A stretch of 64,000 nucleotides of DNA from the human T2T-CHM13v2.0 reference genome, Homo sapiens (GCF_009914755.1 NC_060943.1), one strand, 5' to 3'. Shown: positions 1 through 25,804, counted from the stretch's first letter. The notes: generated by a model from the sequence alone, not told the origin. Made by a program: numbers and translations.

Positions 1-89
1 GTCCCTCCATGCTCATGAGCCCAATTCTAGCCAGTCACTTGGGCCATTTCTTCCCTCTAGAGAACCTCATTATGACCCACACTGATGTG

Positions 90-260
90 GCAGAAAACGT
101 CTGGCATCCATTAAAAAAATCCATGCCTCACTTCCCACAACGTAGAGTTACCCTGGGAAGTGGCTGCCCACCCATGGACTACATTTCCCAGATGCCCTTG
201 CATTAGGTATGATCATGTGACATGTTCTGACCAATGGGATGTGGGTGGAAAGGATAAGTA
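90..260 (+). mobile_element. MLT1-type MaLR LTR fragment
   Basis: Core actacatttcccag...ccttgca...catgtgac...gttctgaccaatggg typical of older MLT1 LTRs. Confidence 0.55.
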
Positions 261-279
261 TTATTCCCAAGTCAAATAC

Positions 280-652
280 GTCTTAGTTCCCCACAAATTA
301 CCATAAATGTAGTGACTTAAAACAACGCAAAATTATTATCCTAGAGTTCTGGAGATCAGAATTCTAAAATGTGGAAGGTTGTGTTTGCTCTGAAGACTCT
401 AGGGGAGAAGCTGTTCCCTGGTCTTTTCCAGGTTCTAGGGGCTGACCACATTTCTAGGTTCACAGTCTCACATCCCTCTGACCTCTGCTTCTGGCTTTGC
501 TCTTTGATGCTCCTGCTTTCCTCTTATAAGGGCCCCTGTGATGACGTTGGATTCACCTGGAATCTCCAAGAAAATCTCCCCATCTCAAGGTCTATAATTT
601 AATCACACCTGCAAAATCTCTTTTGCCATATAAGGTAATAAATTCACAGTTG
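280..652 (-). mobile_element. MLT1C/D-like MaLR LTR
   Basis: cttaaaacaac...ttattatc...gttctggag and ctccccatctcaagg...aatcacacctgcaaa...tttgccatataaggtaa. Confidence 0.7.
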
Positions 653-1790
653 TGAGAGTTCTTTATGTATTCTAGGTACCTGTTCCTTATTAGATGTATG
701 ATTTACAAATATTTTCTTCCATCCTCTGGGTTGTCTATTCACTGTCTGGATGGTGTCCTTTGAAACACAGCATTTTAAAATTTTGATGAAGTCCTATTTA
801 TCTGGTATTTCTTTGGTTGTTTGCGCTCTTAGTGTCATGTCTAAGAAACTATTGCCAGTCCCAAGATCATGAAACCCCTTTGTTTTTTTTTCCAAGAGTT
901 TTATTGTTTTAACTCTTACATTTAAGTCTATGATGTATTTTGAGTTAAGTTTTGTGCTTGGTGTGAGGTAGGGATTCAACTTTACCCTTTTGCATGTGGA
1001 TATCCAGTTGTCCTGAAATCATTTGTTGAAAAGATTATTTGTTTCTCCATTGGATTGTCTTGGCCCTTGTTGAAAAGCAATTGACCATAAATGTCAGAGT
1101 TTATTTCTGGATTTTCAATTTTCTACCGTGGATCTAAAAGTCTATCATTGCGCCAGTACCCCATTGTTCTGCCTCCCAGGTTCACGCCATTCTCCTGCCT
1201 CACCCTCCCAAGTAGCTGGGACTACAGGCGCCCACCACCACACCCAGCTAATTTTTTGTATTTTTAGTAAAGACGGGGTTTCACCATGTTAGCCAGGATG
1301 GTCTGGATCTCCTGACCTCGTGATCCACCCACCTCAGCCTCCCAAAGTGCTGGGATTATAGGCGTGAGCCACTGTGCCTGGTTGATATAAGGTTTCTAAT
1401 CAGAAAGTGTAAGTCCTTCAACTTCATTATTTCATTTCAAGATGATTTTGGATACTCTAAGTGCCTTGAATTTCCATATAAATTTTAGAATGATCAATTT
1501 CTAAAAAAAAAGCTGAGATTTTAATAGGGATTGTTTTGAATCTACAGATCGGTTAAGGAGTATTAACAATATTACATTTTCTAATCCATGAATATGAGAG
1601 GTTTTTATTTAGGTCTTAAATTTCTTTCAACAATATTTTATAGTGCTCAGAGTATAAATTTTGCACTTTTCTGTTAAATTTACTCCTAAGTATTTTGTTC
1701 TTTTTGATGCTATCATAAAGATAATGATTTTCCTAATTTCACTTTCAGATTGTTCATTTCTAATATATACAAATGCAATTAACTTTGTTT
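653..1790 (-). mobile_element. Old L1M ORF2 fragment, interrupted by an Alu at ~1168-1381
   Basis: Minus-strand translations NPYLTPSTKLNSKYIIDLNVRVKTIKLLE and IAFVYIRNEQSESEI...IASKRTKYLGVNLT match L1 ORF2p. Confidence 0.85.
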
Positions 1791-1940
1791 TCTCCTTTTT
1801 TTTAATTTTATTTTTCCAAATTTTTACACTTAAAAAAAAAATTGATTCTTGGCCTGGGAAGTCGAGGCTGCAGTGAGCTATGATCACATGATTGCACTCC
1901 AGCCTGGGCAACAGATAGAGACTCTGTCTCCAAAAAATAA

Positions 1941-1995
1941 CATAACATAACATAACATAACATAACATAACATAACATAACATAACATAACATAA
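1941..1995 (+). repeat. (CATAA)11 microsatellite in an Alu tail
   Basis: Counted directly; follows an Alu 3' fragment at ~1850-1935. Confidence 0.95.
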
Positions 1996-2100
1996 AATAG
2001 TTCAGCAAAGTTGAAGGATACAAGACCACGACACAAAATTTGTTGCATTTGCTTGCTCAGATGATCTACAAAGGTAATTTTTTTAATTTTTAAGAATCAA

Positions 2101-6805
<4,705 letters not shown>

Positions 6806-6941
6806 AAATGAGTACAGAGAGATCTCTTGTGCCTTTAACCAGCTTCCCCCAATGGTGACATCTTACAATATCATAAACGGGAAATGAACATTAACATAAT
6901 CCATCAACCTTATTCAGACTTTGCTGGTTTATGTGCACTCA

Positions 6942-6943
<2 letters not shown>

Positions 6944-6981
<38 letters not shown>
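6944..6981 (+). repeat. (TG)19 microsatellite
   Basis: Counted directly. Confidence 0.95.
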
Positions 6982-6984
<3 letters not shown>

Positions 6985-7397
6985 ATGCAACATTTAGATG
7001 TGTAGTTTCACAATCAGGACACACAACACATTCCATTATGAGGATGTTCTGTGCTGCACTTTTTTTTACGTCACAACCATCTCTCTCTTCCTCCTACCTG
7101 AAAACCCTTACCATTCTTCATCTTATAATTCTGTCATTTCAGGAAGCCTGTATCAGTGGAACCGCATGCTCTGTAACCTTCAGCTTTTGTTGTTGTTGTT
7201 ATGTATTTCTTTTTAATTACGTGGGTACATCGTGGTGTATATATATTTATGGGGTACATGAGCTATTTTGGTGCAGGCATGCAACGTGTAATAATCACAT
7301 CATGAAAAACTGGGCATTCATCCCCTGAAGCATTTATCTTTCATGTTAGGAGCAATCCAATTATACCTTTATAGTTATTTTATTTTGTTTTATTTAA

Positions 7398-8057
<660 letters not shown>

Positions 8058-9104
8058 CTATCTTACTAGGTCTCTTACTCATTCATCCTTTTTTTCTTTT
8101 TTGGACCTATGAACCATCCGTTGGACCTCACCACTCCACTCCTCTATAACCTTTGAAGACTGGCTCTTGTCATTTCAGCACAGCTCCCGTGAGAGCCAAC
8201 CTAAGTTGCTGCGTTTCTCAATAGTTCCTTCCTGTTCATTGCTAAGTAGAATTCCACGGTCTGGATGGAGCACAATTTGTTTAACCGTTCACCTGTTGAG
8301 GGCCATTTAGGTTGCTTCCAGCATTTGGCCATTTTAGAAGGAAGCTGCTCTGAACATTCACTTCTGGGTTTTTTTGTTTGTTTTTTGTTTTTTGAGACAG
8401 AGTCTCCCTCTGTCACCCAGGCTGGAGTGCAGTGATGTGATCTCAGCTCACTGCAACCTCCGCCTCCCAGGTTCAAGCAATCCTCTGCCTCAGAGTCTGG
8501 AGTAGCTAGGACTACAGGTGCCCGCCACCACGCCCAGCTAATTTTTGTATTTTTAGTAGAGACGGGGTTTCATCATGTTGGCCAGGCTGGTCTCGAACTC
8601 CTGACCTCAAGTGATCTGTCCGCCTCGGCTTCCCAAAGTGCTGGGATTACAGGCGTGAGCCACTGCTCCTGGCCCCACTTCTGGGTTTTTATATGAACAT
8701 AAGTTTTCATTTCCCTGGGATATAAATGCCCAAGAATGTAATTCCAGGGTCATATGGTAAGTGCATGGTTTGTTTTGTACAACAAAACAAAACACAGTAC
8801 AGCAAACAGAACAAAACGAAATCCTGCCACACTCTTTTTCCACAGTGGCTATACCATTTCACATCTCTGCCAGCAACATAGGACTGAGTGATCTATTTGG
8901 TCTTCATCCTTGCCAGCATTTGATGTGATCAACTTTTTTTTTTTTAATTTAGCCATTTTGATGGGTATGTAGTGATACCTCATTGTGGTTTGGATTTGCA
9001 GGTCCCTGGTGGCTAATAACTTTGAACATTCTTTCATGTACCCATTTGCCATCTGTATCTCCTCTTCAGTGAAATGTCAGTTTCCGTCTATGTCCATATT
9101 TTAA

Positions 9105-9242
<138 letters not shown>

Positions 9243-9536
9243 TGATCCGCCTGCCTCAGGCTCCCAAAGTGCTGGGATTACAGGCGTGAGCCACTGTGCC
9301 CAGCCTAGACCTCTTTATATATTCTAGATACAAATTCTGTGTTGGCTATGTGATTTGCAAGTAGACTCTTCCAAACCATAGCTTGTCTTTTCACCCTCTC
9401 TAACGGTATAGTCTTTTGCATAGAGCAGAAATCATTAATTTGGATGAAGTCCAATTCATCAGTTTCTTCCTTTATGGCTCATTCTTGGGTGTCATCCCTA
9501 AGAACTCTTTGCTTAACCTCATGTCTTAAAGATTTT

Positions 9537-9655
9537 ATTTTGTTTTGTTTTAAGGAGCAGAGAGTTCAATAGGCAAGAAGGAAGAGGAAAGAAGGAAGCA
9601 GCTCCCTATAGAGACACAGCAGGAGGGGAGGCTCCAAAGCCAAGAGAGGAGACCC
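9537..9655 (-). mobile_element. Polyadenylated LTR-derived fragment (tentatively MER51-like) with a ~13-bp TSD
   Basis: TSD tcttaaagatttt (9524-9536) and tattgaagatttt (9656-9668); degenerate A-tail on the minus strand; ATTGAA 13 nt before the tail. Confidence 0.55.
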
Positions 9656-9661
9656 TATTGA

Positions 9662-9945
<284 letters not shown>

Positions 9946-11264
9946 TGAATTCCTGACCTCAAGTGATTCACCCACCTCGGCCTCCCGAAGTGCTGGGATT
10001 ACAGGCCTGAGCCACCGTGCCTGGCCCCTGTGATCCGTTTTGAATTCCATTCTGAATGTAAAAAATAGCAGAAGCGGGTTTGATTCGGGGGACCCTAGGG
10101 AGCCAATGAGGGTTCTTGAGTGAGAGAAGATACAGTTGGCAAGAAGAATCAGGTGAGTAGACTCAAGTAGCCCATGACAGCCTCGCTCTCAGCCTCAGTC
10201 TCCCCCCACCGGCAAACTAACGAGACCAGAAGATCTCTAAAGTCCGCTGTCATCAAATGAGGCCACCTCCCTGGACGTTTGTCCCCATATTCCCTGCGCC
10301 TCTGGAGCAGACTCAGGTCAAACCCCAGCGCCTGCACAACGTGTGTGAGCCTCTGTGTCCCAGTGCTTTGATCTTAAGAGTGACTCAGTGGGACAGCGCC
10401 GAGAGCTCACTCGACCCCAAAAAACTGTGGCTCTTTTTTCTCTCAGACGGCAAAATCAGGTCATATTTCAATTCCAGTCATTCTCCTTCATATATAAAAT
10501 GTGCCAAGAACCACTTTCCCGAAAATCTAAATTGAAAGTAAATAGCACGGGGGACAATTCTCGGTGATAAAACTGCGGATTCTGGAGCTTCTTGGGATAA
10601 TATTTATTCTCCCTTCTTGCTAATGGCTCCAGCTGCCTCCCCAGGTTATTAAAGTAATGCGTTTGCTTAACCTGACTGGGGCCGCATCCCACCCTGGGCT
10701 GATTGGGCCCCGCGTGAAGCCCCCCGCCACCCCCCTCCACCGGACAATTATATTAACGGCTGCTGGTTTGCAATTACTATAAATCAGAAAGCGCGTCGGC
10801 CTGGGTTTGTTTTTCTTTATTGAAAATGTTTAAACCTCATGCATTGCAAATATCACCGCCTCAGACCGGGATTTAACTCTTTCCTTGAGACTTGGAGGTA
10901 CAGCTCTGGAGGGCTTTGCTGGGGATAGTGCTAGGATAATCCCTGCTTTCTGAGATGAGGAAATTGAGGCTCAGAGAAGGAATGCCATTTGCCTGGGGTC
11001 ACACAGCTGGTGGGTCACTGCACTGAAACGGCACTGAGTTTTTTGTTTGTTTTTTTCATGCCTGATGAAGTTACATTCTTTGTGGCAAATATTTAAAAAT
11101 GTTGAGATCTGTTATCTCAGCAAAAACCACCCCCAGTTCTGCGGGGGTGGGTGGGTGTGTGGGTGGGATATATCCTTCCAGAGATTTTTTTTTCTATGCA
11201 TATATATTCTGGCATGCACCAAATGAATGCAGGTTTAATGAATTATGCCTTCCATAAGCACCGA

Positions 11265-12813
<1,549 letters not shown>

Positions 12814-13164
12814 TTAAAAATACAAAAATTAGCTGGGCATGGTGGTGTGCGCCTGTAAGCCCAGCTACTCGGGAGGCTGAGGCAGGGGAATTGCTTGAAC
12901 CAGGAGGCAGAGTTTGCAGTGACCCAAGATCACGCCACTGCACTCCAACCTGGACAACAGAGCAAGACTCCATCTCAAAAAACAAACAAAGAGGCAAGGA
13001 TATGGTTGGTCACCGGAGGGGGATGTGGAAGTTTACTTTTTCCCTATAAGATGGGACCTGCCCAGCAGAGCCAGAAGATGTTACCGAAGAGAAAGGGCCA
13101 AGTGCTGAAGCCAAATCCTTGGGTGGGGACACAGAGCCTGTGTTTATCCTGCCTCTATTGCCTA

Positions 13165-13586
<422 letters not shown>

Positions 13587-14557
13587 TCACCCCCTGCTCC
13601 AGTTTGTGGCAGAATGCAGTTTCCCTCCTGACACCCACCCCCAAGGGAGATAGACAGTCTCCAGGAAAAACTCAGTGAGTTCCCCCTTTGAGAAAGGGCC
13701 CCACAAGTCAAAGTGCTTTTTCAAAAATAAATAGCCTGATTAGCATAAGGTATGCAAATGTATGCTAATGTGACAACTATTAAAAGATTTCAAATGTCAT
13801 CGAGGGAAAACACACCGGGCCTGGCTGGAGGGGTGGGGGACGGGAGGAGAGGATGCAGCCAGGACTCTTGAGAAAGGTCGAGGGGCTCAACCGCAAGATC
13901 ACCAGGATACACACTCGTACAGACACACACAAACTCACACTCACACCCGGGTCATTCCAGGGTGGCCTTAAGTCCTCTCCTGGGCAGAATCCCCAAAGCT
14001 CTGTCTCCAGGTGTGAGTATTAAGCTCCTGGAAACCCTCCTCCAAATCTTTCCCCCAACACACTCTAAGTGCCTGAAAAACTGTCCAGGGTGACAATGCG
14101 TCTCATTCCACCAAGAGCACACAGATTTGTTCTGCAAATAATCTCTGGGAAAAGCAGTAACAGCATGGGTGACAGACCCCAGAGCCTTTCCTGAGAATAG
14201 GTTAAAACGGTAGTCTCATCCATGACAAAAAAAAAAAAAAAAAAACTCCTAAGAACTGGTAAGAGATGGCTCCTATCCATAATAAATCCTCCCTCACTTC
14301 AGGGGAAAATTTTCATCCATATCCACTTTGTTTTCTGAGGCTGACAGACAAAAATCAGACCCAGAATGGGGAGAGACTTTTCCCAGGGTCACACAGCTGT
14401 GTGTGTGACCAAAACTATCACCAAACTAATCACCAAAACTATTTGGTGTGTTGTTGTTGTTTAGAGACAGGGTCTTGCTCCATTGCCCAGGCTGCAGTGC
14501 GATGCTGCTATCACAACTCACTGCGGCCTGAAACTTCTTGGCTCAAGCAATCTTCTT

Positions 14558-15360
<803 letters not shown>

Positions 15361-16277
15361 CCTCTTGCCTCAGCCTCCCGAGTAGCTGAGACTTACAGAC
15401 ATGTGCCACCACACCCAGGCTCATTATTTTTATTTTTGGAGAGATGGGGTCTTGCTATGCTCCACAGGCTAGTTTCCAACTCTTGGCCTCAAGTGATCCT
15501 CCCACCTTAGCGTCCCAAAGCACTGGGATTACAGACATGAGACACCATGCCTGGCCACCAAAACTCTTTGGTGAGACCAGAATTATTGAAATCATTTTCA
15601 GATGAGAAAACTGAAGATCAGAGATGTGAAATGATTTGCCCCAGCTCACACAGCAACTGTGAGGCAGGTCAGGTCAGCTGCTCAAACTTCAGCTGCCCAA
15701 ATTTCAATCCATCTTACATCACCTTTCTACTACTTCTACTATTATTTCCTGAATATTTTTCTTCTAATGGACCCACTTCTTAAAACCTTAAATGTATTTA
15801 GAAGGAAATTGTTTATCATGACTGTAAATGAAAAGCCAGAATCACTGACCATAAGTAGAAACTAACTTAATGAGAATAAAATCATATTATTAATTTCTGA
15901 CGAAAGATAGTTGCCTCTGAGCTCTGAGCTGGAGCCTGATCTCTCTCTTTGTCCAAAAAGGATATTTCACGTGTCCAAGAAGGTGTTAAAGACTGATTCA
16001 CACCCAGTTAAGACTTTCTTCTTGCAAAAGACATGCAAAGGAAGAGCTCTCTCCCTATAAGAGTCCGTGGTGTTAAGACTGTTTCATGCATCACCTAAAA
16101 CCGTCTCATGGCCACCAGGCTGGGCTCTATCTACCTGAAGGGCAGGAAGACTGTCCCAATACCTTAGAGTTCTAGAATTATGGCCAGGGATCTATTTGGG
16201 GGCTCATACTATCAGTGCCCACGGCCATTTCAGTGCAGCCCAAAGATGGAGAAGAGATGGCTTCACTGATAAACAGA

Positions 16278-16708
16278 CTCACCTGTCCATCCACCTATCC
16301 ATTCATCCACCTACCATCCATCCATTGACCCATCAATCCACCCACACATCCATCCATCCACCCACACATCCATCCATCCACCCACTCACCACCCCTCCAC
16401 CCACTCCACCCACACATCCATCCATCCACTCATCCATCCATCTGCCCATCCATCCATCCATCCATCCATCCATCCACCATTCACCCATAACCCATCCACC
16501 ATTCATCCACCCACCATCTGCCCAAACATCCATCCAACCATCCATCCATCCATCCACCCATCCACCACCCAATCATCCATCCATGCATCTACTATCCACC
16601 CACCACCCATCCATCTACCCATCCATTCACCCAAACATCCATCCATTCACCCAAACATCCATCCACCCACCCATCCATCTTCCCACTCAGCCATCCACTC
16701 ACCTATTC
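16278..16708 (+). repeat. Degenerate (CCAT/CCAC)n low-complexity tract
   Basis: About 430 bp of ccat/ccac units abutting an L2 3' end at ~16705-16790. Confidence 0.92.
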
Positions 16709-16899
16709 AGTAAATATATATCCAGCAACTACTCTATGCCAGGCATTGTTCTAGAATATGGATACATAGTGGTGACCAAGACATACGTGGTCACCAACCC
16801 CTTGAGGCTTCTGAACCAGTGAGGACACTCTCCATCCCTCGAGCAACAACATGAGGCGGATTAGAGAATTTTTCTCCATTTTTTTTTGTGACAAGGGTC

Positions 16900-17315
16900 G
16901 TCTTGGTAGATATTTGTGGGTATTCCCTGACCTTCATTCTTCCCTCCACCTGTAGGACGCAGAAGCAACCTGGTTTCGCCGCTGCCTGGCTGCTCTCCAA
17001 ACCCATTTCCTCCTTCTTCAGGGCACATAGCAAGGTGTTTCCCAGCATTCCTTGCAGTTGGGGCAGCCATGTGACTTAATTGAGCCAGTGGAAGGTGGGC
17101 AGAAGTGATGTGGCCATGACTTACGTTCTGGCCCAGGCTCTTTCTGCAACCTACACTTTAAAGATGGAGGAGGTACAAGACAGCGGGGCCTGATCCCTGA
17201 GTTACTAGGTGGAAACAAAGGAACACCTGTTTGCTCTTTATATGAGCAACAAACTTCTGTTGGGTCATTGAGGCTTGCCAGTTTATAATGGCAGGGAGTG
17301 TTACCTTAACCAATG
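16900..17315 (+). mobile_element. MLT1-type LTR
   Basis: ttcccagcattccttgcagttgggg...ccatgtgact...gcagaagtgatgtg core. Confidence 0.55.
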
Positions 17316-17679
17316 CACACGTTTCCTCTTTTCCAACCCTGAGAGGGAATTGGTTCCACCTCTGGCTCCAGCCAATCACTGAAGCCTATTCCTGCTGACT
17401 TCCTGATTAGCTCAGCCTGGTCATGTGACTGAAGGACGCAGATGGCAATATTGGATGGGTTTCTAGGCATCATAGCTTGGAGGGCCACTGGGGTTGCTGG
17501 AACCAGGACACAGAACTCGAGAACTGGGCTTCTAACATTCGCCACTGGGAAAGAAAAAAAGAAATGTATTATTTATTGTTACTATTATTTTAATATCCTG
17601 CAATTGAAACTGGCCTATTTCCTGGATGATCCAAATTTAGGAACTTTTTCCTGCAGCTTTAATCATCCTGAAGATGCCC

Positions 17680-18466
17680 TGACTTCTGTCTCCACCCAGA
17701 CTTGGCCCCAGATCTCTCTCCAGTTCCTCCTGGATGCCTCCTCTTGGAGGTCCAGCAGGTACATCCTACCCAACTCCCAATGCATCCTTTTTATCCCCCT
17801 CCAGCACCTCCTCCTGTAACCCCCTCCCTGATGGCCCCACTCTTTTTCTGGAAAGTTGTGAACAAGCCTCTCTATCTCCCTTTCTTATCAACAGCCGGCC
17901 CTGCCAATTTCACACTCACCAAGTCCTATTGATTTCAACATTACTGTCTCCATGGCAGCCCCACTCTGTACCCCTATCTGTGTTTTTCAATAGACACCAT
18001 CAGCTCCTACAATAGCCTTCTTGATGGGCTCCTAGCATCCACACAGCAGCCAGGAGGATCGATCTTAAGTGTAAGTCTGACCCTTCCCCTCTCCCCTCTG
18101 TAACTCTCCATGGCTCCCCAGTGCCCTCAAGAGAAAGTCTAAACTTTATTTTCAAAATTCTTCATAGTCTAGCTACTTCATTCTTCCTTGCTCCACCCCT
18201 GCTTCTCCTTGTTCACCTAGCACCTGCTCATCTTTAAATGTCATCCCTCAGGGAAGCTTCACCTGACCCTGCTCTACAATGCTGAGAAAGGAGTCTTCCT
18301 GAGCTACCCCAGCTGCCTGAGCTTCCCTCATCACAGGCTGTAAATGCCTGGTTATGTGTCTTTGAATTCCTAGAGGGCAAGGGCTGGATCTATTTCACCA
18401 CTGTCTCCAGCCCCCCAGCACAGCATCCAGTGTGAGCTTAATAAATATTTCTGAATGAATGAATGG
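17680..18466 (+). mobile_element. L2 3' portion
   Basis: L2-like body ending in aataaatatttctgaatgaatgaatg. Confidence 0.75.
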
Positions 18467-18501
18467 TGATAAGAAATCGAGGCTTTGCGAATGCTACTGT
18501 G

Positions 18502-18902
18502 TGTAGCAGACGCTGTGGGCATCCCTACTGCACCCACATTTCAGCACCTGCCAACAGCATCCTTCTGCAGTCACCTGGGTGAGGGCCAGGCTGGAAGTGA
18601 CAGAGAATTGATGTCTCAGGAAGCAGCCCTTCACCAGTGATGGACAGGCGCTGGTGGATAAATATCCCACCTCTCTCATTCTCTTGGGAAGAACAAGTGC
18701 ATGCTATACACCATCTCCCAAGGGTATCCAGTGGGACTGAGCCCAGTTGCTCAGGGCAGTCACCTGCTCATAAGTGTTGGTTCTTTCCTTCCTTGTCTCA
18801 CTTCCCCACTCTCCTGGGGCTTCCTGGATCACTTCCCACATAAACAACTTACCCCCAAATCCTTGTTTCAGGAGCTACTTCTGGGGTATCCAACTTAAGA
18901 CA
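18502..18902 (+). mobile_element. LTR16-family (ERVL) solo LTR
   Basis: tgtagcagacgctgt...cttctggggtatccaacttaagaca; 5-bp TSD ctgtg/ctgta. Confidence 0.7.
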
Positions 18903-19434
18903 CTGTAGTGAAAATGAGTCTATAATTTACTGGCTGCCGCTTCCAGGGAGAACTTTGATGTGTTTGGGAAAAAAAGAAAAACAATTGCCTCTTTCTCCCT
19001 GTCAGCTGTAGTCCTCACAGCCTCCAAGCAAAGACTGCCACATTTGCAGTTATGTATTAATTGCTTTTATTTTTTTTTTTCCCCGAGAACGGGATGCTCT
19101 CCTGCAATATGTGTGTGAGAGAGAGAGTGTGTGTGTTTAATAACTTTCTCATTTGAGATCTGGCCGGATAGCTTTTTGAAGAAAGTCTACCCAGAGCCTG
19201 GAACGTATAGAAAATTCTCCCGGCTTAATAGCACTCCCACCCGCCCATCCATCACAGACGCACTGTGGAATGAAAAACGAGCACATTGATTGGATCTATT
19301 TCTAATCGACAGCCTGAGATACTGTTTGAGGTCTGCCATTAGACGGAAGAAGTTGGTGTGGAAGTGGCTGTGTCTCTATTTCTCAAGGGCACGGGGTCTG
19401 GCGTGGGGGTTGAGGGGGACAGAAATAATCATGG

Positions 19435-19700
19435 TAGCATTTAGCAAGCATTTATTGAGTACCTACTGTGTGCCAGATCCTGCAATGGGTGCTGGTCATT
19501 GAGATAGACCCAGCTCCACCCTCCCAGTGGGGGAGATGTACAGGTCACTTGTGGCCCACAATCAGAACCATGATGGGGGAGATTCAGGCAGCTCTGGGGG
19601 CCCAGAGAAGGTGTCTGACCCAGCCTGGGAGATCAGGGAGGGCTTCCTGGAGGCAGGGACAGCTGAGCTGAAAGCTGAGGAGTCAACCAAATAAGAAATA
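19435..19700 (-). mobile_element. L2 3' end fragment
   Basis: caagcatttattgagtacctactgtgtgccag...ggcttcctggagg. Confidence 0.7.
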
Positions 19701-19709
19701 GGGAAGAAG

Positions 19710-23640
<3,931 letters not shown>

Positions 23641-24029
23641 AACAACACTCCATCCCGGCAGCCGTTCCTCCACGTGCATTCGCTTACAAGGTGCAGATGT
23701 AATACCTGCTTTTAAATTCAATTAAGTCAGAATCAGTTCTGCTCCTAGAATACATTACCCAGTTGGAGACAGCCGGGGGAAGAGGGAAAAAAAAAAAAAA
23801 AGATGGCAAACAAACAAACAAAAAAAAAACCCCACACACAAAACACAACGCAGACCTATTTAGAGATTTCCCTCTAAATGGATTTTAATTCTCTCGATTT
23901 ATCAGAGGCCAGAGGAGCTGCTGACAGCCTGCATTTGGTGTCTGCAAACCCAGTTTCAGCCACAGGGAGGGGAGAGGAGGGATCGAGTTTATGTTGTCAT
24001 TTTCCTCCAGTGCTGGAGGTCTGGGGTCG

Positions 24030-24250
24030 CCCAGAGATGGGTTCAAATCCCAGCTTTGCCATTTACTGGCTGCATGACCTTCAGCCAAGCACCGCATCCT
24101 CTCAGAGCTTTGACCTACTCATCTGGAAAATGGAGATAATGACAGGGTTTATTTCAGAAGAGCCTTGTGAATGATGGCCTGGATTATCCAAGAGGATTCA
24201 GGTTAAATCCTCAGCACAAGGCTTGGCACATAGTGAACGCTCAGTAACGC
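24030..24250 (+). mobile_element. MIR
   Basis: gggttcaaatcccagctttgccatttactggctg...ctcatctggaaaatggagataat...cttggcacatagt. Confidence 0.75.
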
Positions 24251-24273
24251 AGGGATGATGGTGATGGTGATGA

Positions 24274-24531
<258 letters not shown>

Positions 24532-25148
24532 TGATCCACCTGCCTAGGCCTCCCAAAGTGCTGGGATTACAGGCAGGAACCGCCACACCCAGCCCACTGT
24601 TGGTATTTTTTTCCAACCAGAGACCCAGCCCTGTGCTAGGTTACTGTAGGGAAAGAAAAAAGATGCATGAGGCTCAAGTCCTGCCTTTGGAGGCTGGGAG
24701 GCTTTGGGTAAGCAGGGAAGAAAGGGGTAGGATGGACACAGGCTCAGGACAGAGAAGGAGCCATCCTGAGGCTACACAGCTCAGAGCTGTCCCTTTGCAG
24801 GCCTGGATCCTACTCGTACTGGGTTCAGACTCTACCGTCTGACGTTGGGCGAGCACCCCACACTGGGCCTCAGTTGTACCATCTGTAGATGGGGAAGGAA
24901 AAGCGAAGTTTCCTGAGCCAAAAGGCTCATCTGTAGGGTCAGATCAGGGGGCGCTGGGACCCCCAGGAGGGTGTTTGTCTTCATAAGAGTCTAGCGAGGC
25001 CGGGCACGGTGGCTCACGCCTGTAGTCCCAGCACTTTGGGAGGCTGAGGCAGGCAGAGGCCGAGGCAGGCGGAGGCCAAGGCAGACGGATCCCAAGGTCA
25101 GGAGATCAAGATCATCCTGGCCATCATGGTGAAACCCCGTCTCTACTA

Positions 25149-25475
<327 letters not shown>

Positions 25476-25630
25476 TCATCCACAGAAGGCCTCCCTTCAT
25501 CCCGGGCCCACGGCCCTCATCTGTGCCTGCCCTGAAAGGGCAACTGGGGAGGGTGGGAGGTGTCGAGGACACTCTAGTCCCAGAATCAGGGTTGGGGGGC
25601 AGAGGTCTGACACCACGGTTGGGAAGGCTA

Positions 25631-25765
<135 letters not shown>

Positions 25766-25804
25766 TTAGCCAGCCGTGGTAGAGCTTGCCTGTCATCCCA
25801 GCTA

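Noticed and set aside
16196-16822. 208-aa His/Pro-rich ORF
   Set aside because: Translation of the (CCAT)n tract.
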